64,000 bases of DNA from positions 6,388,001 to 6,452,000 of the forward strand of contig NC_045697.1 in NCBI RefSeq assembly GCF_009834535.1, read 5' to 3'. How positions within the stretch are numbered: position 1 is the stretch's first letter; every line of letters starts with the position of its first letter. The DNA is from Camelus ferus (Eukaryota). Under the pieces are notes generated by a model, which was not told the origin of the DNA, made no database searches, and was given only the letters and a program-made list of their open reading frames with translations. The translations under genes were made by a program, and so were the position numbers. This document shows positions 51,955-64,000 of this stretch, piece by piece.

Positions 51955-52470
51955 AGACTTTTAAAAAATGTGGTGAGATACACACACCAGAAGATTTACC
52001 ATTTAACCATTTTCAAACGTACAAGGCAGTGGCGTTGGGCATGCTGCTTTGCTTTGGAGCCGTCACCCCTACCTATCCAGCTGCAGGATGCTTCCATCAT
52101 CCCAAACGGAAACTCCATACACAGCGAACACCGACTCCCACTACCTCCGCCTCCAGCCCCTGGTCACCACCACTCTGCTTTCTGTCTCTGTGAATTGACC
52201 TAGTCGACTCTCATGTAAGTAAAACCATATATTCGCCCTTTTGCCTCGGGCTTATTTCACTGAGCATAATGTTTTTAAGGTTCTTCTACGTGTCAGAATT
52301 GCATTTCTTTTTAGAGCTGTGTTACTACGTTTTGTGTCTCCGTTTATCCGCTGATGGACATTGGGGTCGTTTCCGCCGCTTGGCTGTTGTAAATAGTGCT
52401 GCTATGGACAAGAGTGTGCGAATGTCTGTTCGAGTCCTTCCTTTCATTTCTTTCAGGTGTATCCCTAGAA
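51955..52470 (-). mobile_element. L1 (L1MB-like) 3' end
   Basis: tttaccatttaaccatttt, cttatttcactgagcataatgttt, tgatggacattggg..ttggctgttgtaaatagtgctgctatg. Confidence 0.8.
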
Positions 52471-53807
52471 GGGGAAGGCTACAGTTAGTTTTAAGGTTGC
52501 TTTCTATCTACGGTATGTGAATGCTGGTTTTCTGTGTAGGCAGCCACACAAAATGAAAAAGGAGTTAACTAAGAATATTGATGCATATAACATTATTATT
52601 GATAGTGCATGGATATGCCACAGAACACGAAGGTGAATTCAAATAGTTGAAATCAGGGAAATCCTGAGTTAGTGTAAACCTCACCCACGCCCAGGAATCC
52701 AGGCTTTTGGAGGGGCTTGATTTTGTGTAGGCGTGTGGTTAGGACCCGGGGATTCCAGTGCTTACGAAGGAGATGACGGAGGGGAGGGGAGCCAGGTGCA
52801 GAAGGAGGGGCAATCAAAGAATTATGTGCAAAGACTTCCCAAGGTCTTACTTGAGAGTGTGCGACTTCTTTTGGAATTAAGGTCAAATTAAATAACACAA
52901 ATATAAGAACAACAAGGGACCTTTAGGATAGCGCAGGGGGTACGAGAAACTGACCAGAAATATCCCACACGTCCTGCTTCTGCTTAAAACCTCCTGTAGG
53001 CTCTGCTGCAGGCCCCTGAGCACGTGAGGCCATGGAATGGAGACCCAGAGGAAGCGTGTCCTTCTGTGCCTTATAGTCAAAGACACTAATAAGTAATGTC
53101 GAAAGGTGATGGAGGAAGACACACAGAAGAGGCAAAGAAAATTTTATCCTCCCATGTAGGCAAACGTAAGTGCAACATGGTCTGAAAAGAACTGATTGTC
53201 AGGATGGAGAATATTTTAGAAAGGGACCAGGAAGTAGATGAAGGACAAGCAAGAATAGATCTATTATCTGTCTGCGTCTCTCCCCTCTTTACGCCTCCTC
53301 TGGGGCAGAGACCATAACTTCTAGCACCCTGTCCGATATACAGTAAGTGCTCCACACATGCTTGTCAGACTGTTCAAGTGTAATGAGCATATGACATGTG
53401 AATATTTTGTTGGAAAAACAGTTGCAATATGTAAATCCTCATTAATCCTGAAAGACGACTGAATAGCCAATAAATATAAACCAGTCCTAAATATCTCTAT
53501 TTTTTTTTTTGGATGAATTAAAAAAAAAGCACTTTGGGAATCTGGAAATATATAAGTTAAAGAAGCCAGTGAAATGGCAATATAAAATATCATACAGCAA
53601 AATACTTAAAAAATATTAAAATCCAATAATATATGGCCAGAAAGGGGCAGGGGGAATCAAAGCCAATCAAAACGACCGCCTCTTAGGCGTTGTTCAGTAA
53701 AGCTTTCTTTAGAATCTAAATTCCAGAAAATATTGGAGGGTAAAAAAAAAAAAGGTTGCAAATCCAGAAAATCTAGAAAAATATTGCAGAGAAGTATCTG
53801 TTTTTAC

Positions 53808-53941
53808 CTTTTCATCAGACCTCGCACGGAAAGGTTTCTTCCAGCTTGCGTTTTTATAGTGTGGGAAGTGTTCCTGAGGGCCGTGGCTGGCTGGAAATGG
53901 GCATCTCTGAGGAGGGCAGGACTGCGTGCTTTCTCTATGAT
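53808..53941 (-). CDS. CLNK: CLNK coding exon, 134 nt (DHRESTQSCPPQRCPFPASHGPQEHFPHYKNASWKKPFRARSDEK)
   Basis: ttcccccag acceptor and gtaaaa donor; lies inside ORF 53709..53960; similar to the human pre-SH2 region; phase 1 to phase 0. Confidence 0.93.
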
Positions 53942-54404
53942 CTGGGGGAAGTAAATTCACATTGAAATATGATGTGCTATTGTCTCAGATTGCCTGCCTG
54001 GAGTGAGGGGCCAGGACGCATCACTCTCTCCTGCGTCTGTGGCGGCCTCTTGGTCTTCACCACCAGCATCTCACCCTGGACAGCAGTCTCCTCTGGACTG
54101 TCCTCTAGCTTCAGCTTTTGTTCCCATCTCTCTGGGCATCCAGAGTAATCTTTAAAAAATGTAATTCTGGCTTTGCTACCCCCCTGGGGACAAAGCCTTC
54201 CACGATTTCCTTTACACTCGAAAGAAAATCCAAATATTTTAAAGTCTGTCAATAAGGCCCTGGATAATCCTTCTCTTCTTATTTTTCCATCTGCCCCCTC
54301 CACTGTCCACTCTGTTCTGGCTGCAAAGAACTCTGCTCAGTTTTTGAAACAAGCCAAGCTTGTTCCCAACTCAGGACACACCTTTTTTTAAAAAAAAAAA
54401 ATGT

Positions 54405-54990
54405 TAAAGAATAACTTTTTGTTTTTCTGGAACATCTCTTTTTTAACCTGAAAGAATGACTGGCAGACAAACTCTGGTTATTCAGAGTTGGGCACTTGGC
54501 AGATACTTTATTAAAAATGAACAGTGTGGGCCTGTCACTGCATGGAAAATAACTGATGGTATTTGTTGCCAGTTTTAAAATTAGACTTCTCAAGTGCACA
54601 CTGGAATTTGGAAATACTTATATGTGCCACTGTGACGTAACCGCATATCCACAGTTCGCCTTTTCTGATGAGATCCGAGGTGTTACTTGCAAACGTGATT
54701 TTAAAAACTATTATATAATAAGTCAACATGGGAAAGATCTGCGCAGGTCTATGAATCGCTGTTTCTCAAGGGACTAATGTATCGTGTTACAAAACTGTGC
54801 CTGAGTAAAAGATTCTTTAAAAGACGAGATAGATCAAGTGATCGTAAGTAACAGGATACAAAAAATTCACTGAAAAGGTTTTGATTTCATATGGTGCCTA
54901 AGCTCTAAGCCACTACTACTTGTCAAGTTTTGATGTGGCACTTTCTCTATATACTTCAATAAAAAGAACATATTTCCATTGTGTCATTCC
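54405..54990 (+). mobile_element. hAT Charlie1-like transposase fragment (decayed)
   Basis: Translates in part to LADKLWLFRVGHLADTLLKMNSVGLSLHGK*LMVFVA, typical of Charlie transposase LAYLADIF..LN..LQG. Confidence 0.75.
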
Positions 54991-55132
54991 CATAAATATT
55001 AATAAAAGATGAATTTCAAGAAATTAGGGCCACAAGGAAGGAGTGAGGTTAGAAGGAACACTAAACAAAGATACTCACAAATATGTTAGTAATTTTAAGC
55101 AAGGATTAACTGTGTAAAAGTTATAAAGCCTT

Positions 55133-55317
55133 CAAAATTGTAGAATAGACTACACTGTATAGCACAGGGAAATATACACAAAATGTTATGATAACTCACA
55201 GAGAAAAAAATGTGACAATGAGTGTGTATATGTCCATGAATAACTGAAAAATTGTGCTGAACACTGGAATTTGACACAAAATTGTAAAATGATTATAAAT
55301 CAATAAAAAATGTTAAA
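55133..55317 (+). mobile_element. Young 5'-truncated L1 3' end (camelid-type) with perfect 17-bp TSD
   Basis: TSD aaaagttataaagcctt at 55116-55132 and 55318-55334; aataaaaaatgttaaaaaa tail. Confidence 0.92.
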
Positions 55318-56453
55318 AAAAGTTATAAAGCCTTGAGGATATAAAAACAATATCAAAATAAAATACTGGACAATAATAACATATAAAATGGACAAGCGTT
55401 GATTAACATAAAGGCAGAATTATAAGTTATTTTGTCTTAATTCAGTCTAGCAAACATAACAAAACTTATAGGTCTTGTCAGCAGTTTCACAAGAACTTTG
55501 AAAGAACAGGATACTTTTCACACACTATATTTTTGAGGCAAAATACTAATAAAACATTAGCAAATATTTATAAGCCAGTTACCATAACACTTAAGTTATA
55601 TGTGTATTTATTCTGCTTTTTGTCATCCAAATACCACATTTCTCTCTAGGTTTACTAGGAAGAGCTAAGAGTTTTCCTAAAACATTGGAAGTGTGTTTTA
55701 GTGGTCGCAAGGATTGTGGCTTTTAATGGTGAACCTAAGAGTGTTATAGAGAATGACATGTATCAAAATGTTTGTTGCAGAAAAGTGTTTGACTACTTAA
55801 AGTTTAAATTACATTCATTGTAGTAAGTTAATTTTGTGCACCAATTTATGACTAAGAATAGGAATGACGCTAAAGACATCTCTGCTTTTCAAATTCTATA
55901 TTATCAGTAAAAGATCACTACGTCCAAACAGCGCAGAATCTGTGTCATCAGAACAAAAGCATCCTAAGATTTTTTTTGTATTTTGGGGAAGGGGATATGA
56001 ACCCTGTGAGTTAACATTATCATTTGAATTTTATGAATGGGGGATGGTGACGCTCCAAGAATCCCCTTGCTCAAGCTGACCCTACGTGGAGAGACGCAGA
56101 GCTGGGCGAGGTCAGCAGAGCCCCCCGGCCTTTCCACTGAAACCCACGTGGTCTGCTTCCTGCAGCCCTACGCCCTCTCTGGTGGTTCAGCAGAGAGAGA
56201 TTAATAAAGCATTAGATCTGAACACACAATCTCCATGGCATAGGGAGTGAAGAGAGAAAGACAAAAGAACATGACAAATCTGGGCAGTTTGGGCAGAATA
56301 ATACTAACAATATCAAAATCCACCATCCACAGTAGTAGATCACTACACTTACATGCTGCTTCAGGTATCTCCATGGACCTGGTAGCCTTCTGATTTTTAT
56401 CTTCACAGTCAATTAGTAAGAGAGACTAGTTTTATTTTCTCCATTTCGCAGAC

Positions 56454-56723
56454 TTTTTTTTTTTTATAGTTTTAAGCCTATGTATTTCTTTTTTTTTTTT
56501 TTAACATTTTTTATTGAGTTATAGGCATTTTAGAATGTTGTGTCAAATTCTAGTGTAGAGCACAATTTTTCAGTTATACATGAACATATCTACATTCATT
56601 GTCACTTTTTTTTCCGCTGTGAGCTACCACAAGATCTTGTATATATTTCCCTGTGCTACACAATACAATCTTGTTTATCTGTTCTACATATGCTGGTTGG
56701 TATCTGCCTATTTTGAAATCCCA
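56454..56723 (-). mobile_element. Young L1 3' end of the same family, antisense, with two poly(A) tails
   Basis: Reverse-complement similarity to 55133-55317 (aacattttttattga, gtgtcaaatt, cacaatttttcagttat, tttccctgtgcta). Confidence 0.88.
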
Positions 56724-57250
56724 TCATAGACTTTTCTTAAGCTGAATCTATTTTATACTCAGTGGATTGGTAATAGCTAAACATTTGTCAAAAACAACTG
56801 TTGGAGAGGATGGGGAACCTTGGGGCCTCATAAGCTGTTGGTGAAATGAAGTGATGTGTCTACTTTGGAAAATGCATCTAGTGCAAATGAAGAGAGGAAT
56901 ATTCTAAGATCTGGGTGTTCACTCTTAGCAAGAGCACTTATATTACATACTTGGGAAACATGAGCATCTTATATGCGTGGGAAGACAGCTACAATCTTGT
57001 TCTTAACAAACTAATATTCATAAGAGAAAGAAACTGGAAACCACTTAAGTGATCATATTTAATTATGGATAAAATGTATGTTCTATTAACACGATGCAGT
57101 GTTATCTACCAATGAAAACAAGCCAAATATACATATATACACATCAGCTCAGCGCCTCCGAGGCTCACACAAGCTAAGCCACAGTGCAGGTACATCGTAG
57201 TGTGATGACTTACCTGCTTATTTTAGAATTCTTCCGAAAAGGGTTCTTAC

Positions 57251-57291
57251 CTCTGTTTTGTAAGCTGTGGTTGCGCGTCATGAATGAGGAG
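57251..57291 (-). CDS. CLNK: CLNK coding exon, 41 nt (SSSFMTRNHSLQNR)
   Basis: ttccttcag acceptor and gtaaga donor; similar to human SSSFTTSNHSVQNR; phase 2 to phase 1. Confidence 0.92.
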
Positions 57292-58379
57292 CTGAAGGAA
57301 ATGTTACAGTTGAAAGAATGTTAGTATTTCCCATTGCCAGGTAGTGCTCATGGCCCCCGTCACATTGACAGAGCACTTCATATGTTATTGGATGAGCCAG
57401 AAGAACCCTCTCTTTTGTAAAGTGACAGAAGGCTGGTTCATTCCTTTCTCAAGACAGTCAAACATCAAATATGGAACAAATTGACCCATCTAAGTTCTTC
57501 CCATATTACTTTAATGAGGCCATAGGTGTAGACCTGCCTCATAGGTACAGTCACTGTAGAAAATGCCACGTGACTGACTGGGCTCCTACGCTGTAGTAAT
57601 TGTTTACCGATTGAAGGAGAGTCAGCCACAGCAAGGAAGACGAATACAGAGTATATTTTATTCCTTTTAAAATTATGAGCTAGGTGCAAAGAAACCTATG
57701 TGGATTATTATAAGGGAATCCATAAAGAAAGAGGAATTGTAAAAATATAATATAAGACAATAACACAGTATGCATTTTTATGCATAACAATAACGATGTT
57801 ACCAAGACTGCTTACCAACGTCTTAAGTTAGCACTTTACTTACTGTTCAGCTTTGTGCAACACTGCTCTGATTTTCTGGTTCACTTTGTACTGTGGTCAG
57901 CGTCGTCATTATAAACTCTAGGGGCTACTACAGTTAAATCTAATTACATGGAGCGTGCTCTGTGTTATGACTGAATCAAGCCTCTGGGTTAATTCAATGC
58001 AATCTAGCCCTTTTCCAGCACCGATGAAATCAACTGAGTATATAGCTGGTTTTTGTTATCTACATGGTAGCCTGGGGTCTTATGACTTGCTTTGTAGAAA
58101 AAAATACTATTAGATCATTAAACCACCACGCTGTGTTGCCATCACTGGTCAGACTTCTACTGACATCTAAGCCTTCAATTCTGTTAAAACTAAGATCCTT
58201 TTTCTAGGAGTCAGTGTACAGTTTTTTGTTAAATGTCTGGGAAAAAATCATGGATAGCAAAATTTTGCTTCCCTAATTTTGGGGGCATTTTTAGAAAATG
58301 TCGAGAGAATAGGAAATTCCCCCGAGGATATTCTCGGTCTCAAGGACAAATAGAAATGATGATTCTTTCGCTTTGCAAA

Positions 58380-59400
58380 CATGTACTGAGCACTTATTAA
58401 GTACATAGTCTGTTTGGGGAAATATCACATGAATAGGACATGGCCTCTGCCCTGAAGCACTTCATTTATGGAGGGAAGACATGACTGGACCATAATCACA
58501 ATGTGGGATAAATATCATGATAGATCCTGTGGCAGCAGAAGAAGGTCGCTTGATTCAGAGAAAGTTGGTTTGGTTCTCAGAAAAGTCTTCCTGGAAGGAA
58601 CCATACCACAATAAAAGGGTTTAAAAAATAAATTAAAAATTAAAAAGCCATCTCTTCATCCTTAAAAAAAAAAGTCCTCCTAGGAGATACCCTAGCCAAG
58701 GTGACTTCTGAAAGGTGAATAGGAGAAGGGTGAGGTGTAAGGGTGTGTTCCACGCAGAGGGAAGAGCAGGTGCAAAGTCTCAGAGGCAAGAAAGCATGGC
58801 TTATTCTGCAAAAGGTCAGAAAGTAGTTCCCTGTGGGTGGAAAGTAGGGTATGGAGACGTTCAGTATCATTAGAAGCTGACTGTAGTAGTTCAAACAAGG
58901 GTTGATGGCGGGTGGTCTATGTCAGGAACTGGAGAAATGAGTAGAAATGAATAGATTTGAGACATGTTTTGAGGTAGAATTTTGGGAGTTGGAAATGGAT
59001 TGGATGGGAAGAGTGAAGATGGAAAAGAGAGTATGTACTGAGGTGAGAAAGTTTGTAGGAGGGAAGTGCTGGTTTGGGAATGAAAGTAGAGATGGAGAGT
59101 TCAACTTGAACATTATGTATATGAGATGCCTGTCCCCTCTTTAAGGAAAACTGCCCAGTGGATAATTCAATACATGGGTCCAGAGTTAAAAAGGGCAGTT
59201 AGGGCAGAAGATAGAAGTTTAGTAATTATCAGTATAGAGTTGACATTTGTCACTGTGAAGATGGATGGATTGCTTACACTCTTACTGATAGAAAAAAGGA
59301 CCTTGGAAGGCTCTGAGGAATACCAACATTTAGAGGTCAGTTTGGGGAAAAGTACGAAAAGGGGACCTGGAAGAAGCAACATTTAAGAGAGGAAGAAAAT
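58380..59400. mobile_element. L2 fragments
   Basis: tactgagcactta, gcaggtgcaaagtctcagaggcaagaaagcatggc, gagttcaacttgaacat motifs. Confidence 0.65.
58574..58596. promoter_or_regulatory. Tandem GAS (STAT) motifs
   Basis: TTCTCAGAA-aagtc-TTCCTGGAA in a CLNK intron. Confidence 0.4.
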
Positions 59401-60946
59401 TCAGGAGACTTTGTTCATTAAATTAAACAAACAAACAGTAGAAGCCAAATCACGTTGAACAACAAGTACTACACATGTGTGTCCAACTGAAAGCTCATTA
59501 TCCTCTCACTACAGTGTGATGATTTTTTTTCCCCTTTCAGCAAACTTCATTAAGAAAGAGTGTTTCTTGTATGGGCAAGGGTTTTTTGTGTCAGATTGGG
59601 CCTTACACAGAAAACAGCCTGATTAGAGTTACAAAGCCACAGCCCTAATACTCAGACCAAAGAGTGAGAACAGTGTCACTGGAGGAGTGAAACAGGACAA
59701 GAAAGTGAGGGTAGGAAAGGGCACAGGGGCTGGAGGCCCTACCCCGATGCGCGGGGCCTGCCGATGGCAATGAGAGTGACGGTTAGCGGGCACTTGGAAC
59801 AGGCCTAGCTCTGCACTCAACTTCACACACAAGATAAGCGGTGCTGCCCAAGGTCACATGGTTTGCTAGTGAGGAACCCAATCTGACTCCTGGGGGTCCC
59901 TCCTAACCGCAATTCTATTCCACCACTAACAGAGTATATGCCCAGTAATACTTACTAAACAAATAAAAGAGCATCTAAACTGTAGGGCAGGCGCCAAGGA
60001 AAGTCAAGATTCATGGGCTGCATTTTTAGAATCAAGTCAGGATGAATGCTATGGACTATTGAAAAGTGGAGTTGGACTGATTTCAATGGGCAGGGACTCA
60101 GCCTCTCTGGGCCTCCTTGATTCCCTCTGGGGGATGGGTTGGAACTATCTCCTGGATTCAGGGTGTCTTTAAGCTGAGGTCTGATGGATAAAGAGGAGTT
60201 TTCCAATTAGGGAGAGGGTAGAGAGAGGGAAATGGGGGAGGGGAAGTGTTATAGGCAGAGGAATAACACTTGCAAATGTCCTGTGGTGGTGGTGGGGGAG
60301 GGGGGCAATGGAGACTGGGAAGTGGGAGAGTGGCATGAACTGAGGCTGGAGACACTGGCCAGGCTGGGGTCATGAGGGTTTTATGGCACTGATTTTGGAG
60401 GCTCTGCATGTTGTTTTAAGGAAGCCACCCCTAATTCACATGACCTTGGCCAATGAATCACCAGCCTGAGCCTTATTAGCTTCCTTGACTCTTCTGTTGG
60501 GATGACACTTGTCACAATAACCTGATCAGGCAAGTATTTCATCAGATAATGGCGTTTTCAACCCCTGGCCATTCATAAAATGCTATTCAAAAGTCACTGT
60601 CGGCTTCCATGTGATCATAAGCTGAGACTCGTTAGAAACGCCAACTTTTCTTCCCAGGTTGATTTGCCTCCATTCCAGTTGATCCTATCTAGTTAATATT
60701 CAAGTCTTTAAATCTCCCAAATGTCCCTAACATGCAATCAATCACTTATAAAGTGTAGCAATAGCAATGCTATTATCGTCAACAACAACCGTGATTCACA
60801 GGTCTCCCTGGGGCCTCGTCACTGGGCTTCGTTACCAAAGGCAAAAGATGCTCTTTTTCTCAGGAAGCCTTGGTGAGTCATTATTCCAGACAACACGTGG
60901 CCTGCCCCCCAAGCTGGGACCCAACAAGGGATTCCTGGCTCCTTAC

Positions 60947-61028
60947 CTGGCAACGGCAAGAGGAATCTCTGGAGTACTTTGATTTTGTGACAGATGAGAT
61001 GATTCAGGCTTCATCTGGTGGTGAGGAA
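60947..61028 (-). CDS. CLNK: CLNK coding exon, 82 nt (VPHHQMKPESSHLSQNQSTPEIPLAVAS)
   Basis: acacag acceptor and gtaagg donor; similar to human VPHNQRKPESTHLLENQNTQEIPLAIS as recalled; phase 1 to phase 2. Confidence 0.92.
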
Positions 61029-62750
61029 CTGTGTAAAGGCATCACATAATTTGATCAGGTTGCAAAAGAGAAACAATTGGGGGCCATTAGAGGTCTCTTG
61101 GAACTGCTATAATCTCCTCCAAGAAATCTCTGATTATTAAGAGTGGTCTGTTGGTCAGTAGAAACTGTAACCCACATGTTCTACAAGGACCCTGGCTCCA
61201 GGGAATGGCCCCTCCCTGAGACTATAAAAATTGTTTTGAATGCTGAATATTCAACAAGGTTATCAAAAATACTAAATCTAGAACTCATCATCGAGCTTCC
61301 CAAAATACAGAATGTTACCTTGGAAGGCACTTGGTTTTGGAAGGGCTGAAAGTAGAAGTAGACTGAAGCTGGATTCTGCATTCAAATGAAAACTTATATA
61401 GAAGCATAAACAAATGTTGAACTTAAGAACTATTCTGAGCAATGCAGGGTATGGGGACTCCTGACACTGGCCCATGCACACCGGAACCCTCCGATCTCTC
61501 CTGTGAGAGGGCGGGAGAGTGCCCAGGGTTCTGATGTAGAGCAGAGGTTCTCACCTGGTTCCCACCAGGCATGCATTTTCTCAGTTCTTCCCTCCTGACC
61601 TCCAAGTTTTGAAAAGTTTTGCCAACCATACGAACCGGACTTACTTAGTAATTACATATGTCATTGGTGTTACCACTTTGTATTTCCTTTTCATCATGGA
61701 CAGATCTTAACCAGCCATCCAGAATTACCAAGGGCACATAATAATACTATGATATGAAATCCCATAAAACACTCTCCCAGTTACAGTTGTAAGTAATAAA
61801 GTTAAGGAAGCTTCAACACGAACTCATCTTAATTTTGGTTGTTACTCTGTGCTCTGTCCAAGGCTGATCACAAACCAGACAGCTGTGATGGAAGGACTGT
61901 GATTACCTGAAATGGGATTGGAGTCAGTGACTAGACCACTAATTTCACATCCTTCAGGTCATTTCAAGTCATCAACAACCACCCCTCTGAGCTGAACAAT
62001 GTCACATCGTGGCATTGATAGTCACTGAAGCCTGAGGCAACAACTTCTGAACATTCAGTTAGGAAGTTGAGATTTATTGTGGAAAAGGGCACAGTTTCCT
62101 TTGGGTTTTAAAATTGTTGAGAGTTGCCACCAGACCCTTACTCCACCAGAAACCCTTGGGAAGCCACAAGCCCAGGTTAGGCCCCCAATGAAGTCTAACT
62201 TTCTCAATAAAAAGAAGAGCAGACTTGAGACTCACAGAGGGAGAGCAGGTGAGCATGAAGATATGACCAGATTAGCATCCTGCCAGCTAGCAAGTGAGTG
62301 TTGGATCGCATGTTTCCACAACAATGGCACCAGCAGTGTGCACACACGTGTGCATGCGTGCATGCGTGAGGGCTTACGTGTGTGTGCATGGGTGACATCA
62401 AAGATGGAGAGACCAAGAGCTTCTCTGGAGCAGGGGGCCAGCAATGTCCTTCCAAAGTGGCAAGGGGTGACAGACAGTGTGTCTCCTTGTGGCTGAAGAA
62501 AGATCTCTAGCCTACCCCCAATTTAAATCACCCTGTTTAGACCACAGGACTCTTGAACAGACTCTGAGTTCCTGAATCCATCTGGATCACGTCATCATGT
62601 GTGCATGCACACACACACATACACAAACACACACGCCTATACATCCCAGGCCCTGAAACAAGTAATCCTTTAAAAAATGACTAATGCTGTAAACGCGGGA
62701 ATAGAATTTAACTTCATATTAGGAGAAGAAAGCAAATGTAAACAGTTCAC

Positions 62751-62769
62751 CTTTTTCTGTTCCGAGGAC
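62751..62769 (-). CDS. CLNK: CLNK coding microexon, 19 nt (VLGTEK + first base of next codon)
   Basis: Minus strand tacag|GTCCTCGGAACAGAAAAAG|gtgaac. Matches human CLNK VLEAEK as recalled, and its phase joins the 82-nt exon. Confidence 0.85.
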
Positions 62770-62949
62770 CTGTATTGAATCAAAAACAGATAATGCTGAG
62801 TGACTTTTAGTGACAGAGAATTTGACTTAATAGTGTGTGTGTTTTTGGAGCAATTGGTTAGTAGAGTTTGGGCAATATTTTTATTAGTACAGATTTAAAA
62901 AAATCTACAAATAATTCTCCAAAAGACTAAGCAAAAATCAAAATTTTAT

Positions 62950-63500
62950 GCTCTTTATGTGATATAACAGGCAAATACACAGTCTGCAGATGGGACTATA
63001 AATTGCTTTGACTCTTTGGGAAACCAGTTTGACCATAGCTAACCAGGGGCCTTAGAAACACTCTTAATCTTACCCCAATGATTCAGTTGATGAGATTCTT
63101 TTTCTAAGACAACAGCCTGAAATCTAGGTCACGTTCCACATGCAAAGATGTTCAGTACATCATCACTTATAATGTCAAAACGCTGGGGACAATCTTCACA
63201 ACCTAAGCGCATTGCTAAGTCATTTTGGAGCTGGACTTACTTACTGTAATACTATAAATGCATTGCAGGTACTTATGTAGAGTGTGGGATAAGATGATAC
63301 TATGTCTCAAAGTCACATAAGAAATTCAGGGTAAAAACTGGGCTCATGACACATTTACAAGCAAAAGTATGTGCGTGTGTGTGTGTGTGTGTATGTGTGT
63401 ATGTTGAAAAAAGATGTTGAACATATGATAAAATATTAATAAAGGTTGTGTTTAAGTGATGAGAGCTACAGTTAATTTTCTTTATACCTGTTCTAGAATT
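62950..63500 (+). mobile_element. Old L1 (L1ME-like) 3' fragment with a (TG)n run at about 63369-63404
   Basis: tataaattg..actctttgggaaa.cagtttg and caaagatgttca..catca.ttataat motifs. Confidence 0.55.
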
Positions 63501-64000
63501 TTTATTTTAAAAAATTAACATGAAAACGTTCACATTATTCTTTTTAAGTGGAGCCATTTTATCTTCCCAAACATTTCCATTCTCTTTCTTTCCTTAACTG
63601 GTAGAATTCCTGATCATTTTTCATCATGAAAGTCTATGTGCACATGAGCCTTGCATCCTTGAGCCCTGTTATGCTCTTGAAGAATCGAAACGCCTTGCAA
63701 GAAGGACAGTATTTGCTGAAGTATTTTCTTAACTGCAAATAATTTTCCAAAGTCCGTTTCATGCATTGCGTCTGCTCAGGAGGTCCATGGGTATCATTTG
63801 GACAAGGGCTTCTTAACTTGCAGGATAGGAAGAGGTCCTTGGATGGCCTAGTGGGGTCTATGACATTTCTGAAATTAAAAGCCAAATATTTTTTTTCCCT
63901 TTATAAATACGTACATTTTTTTGGGGGGGTGAGGAAGGTTCATTATACCTTTCATCTAATTTTCAAAGTTGTCTGAGGTCCATGAAAAGTTACAGCCAGT

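Noticed and set aside
62335..62392. Alternating purine-pyrimidine tract as a functional Z-DNA element
   Set aside because: Short degenerate CA/TG microsatellite, common in introns; kept only for its GCAUG motifs.
1..64000. CRISPR arrays, operons or other prokaryotic systems
   Set aside because: The sequence is intron-containing mammalian DNA with no regularly spaced repeat-spacer array.

Overview
Mammalian genomic DNA, probably camelid, judged from a tRNA-derived SINE and young L1 3' ends that resemble camelid families (recognised from memory, not searched). The right half holds the last seven coding exons of CLNK (MIST, SLP-76 family adaptor) on the minus strand. They splice in frame with canonical AG/GT sites, include a 19-nt microexon and encode the complete SH2 domain, ending at a stop at 37648-37650. 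The left end has a CpG-island promoter and non-coding 5' exons of a second minus-strand gene whose CDS lies outside the window; by synteny with human 4p16 (WDR1-ZNF518B-CLNK) this is most likely ZNF518B. A second CpG island lies about 4 kb upstream. The rest is mostly transposon debris (L1, L2, MIR, MaLR/ERVL LTRs, hAT fossils) and simple repeats. I found no convincing new biological system. The best leads are regulatory or structural: a frame-critical microexon with candidate splicing motifs, a tandem STAT site in CLNK, co-oriented CTCF motifs, an inverted young L1 pair, a probable short L1 3' transduction and a ~300-nt homopyrimidine tract. Repeat family names and boundaries are approximate.
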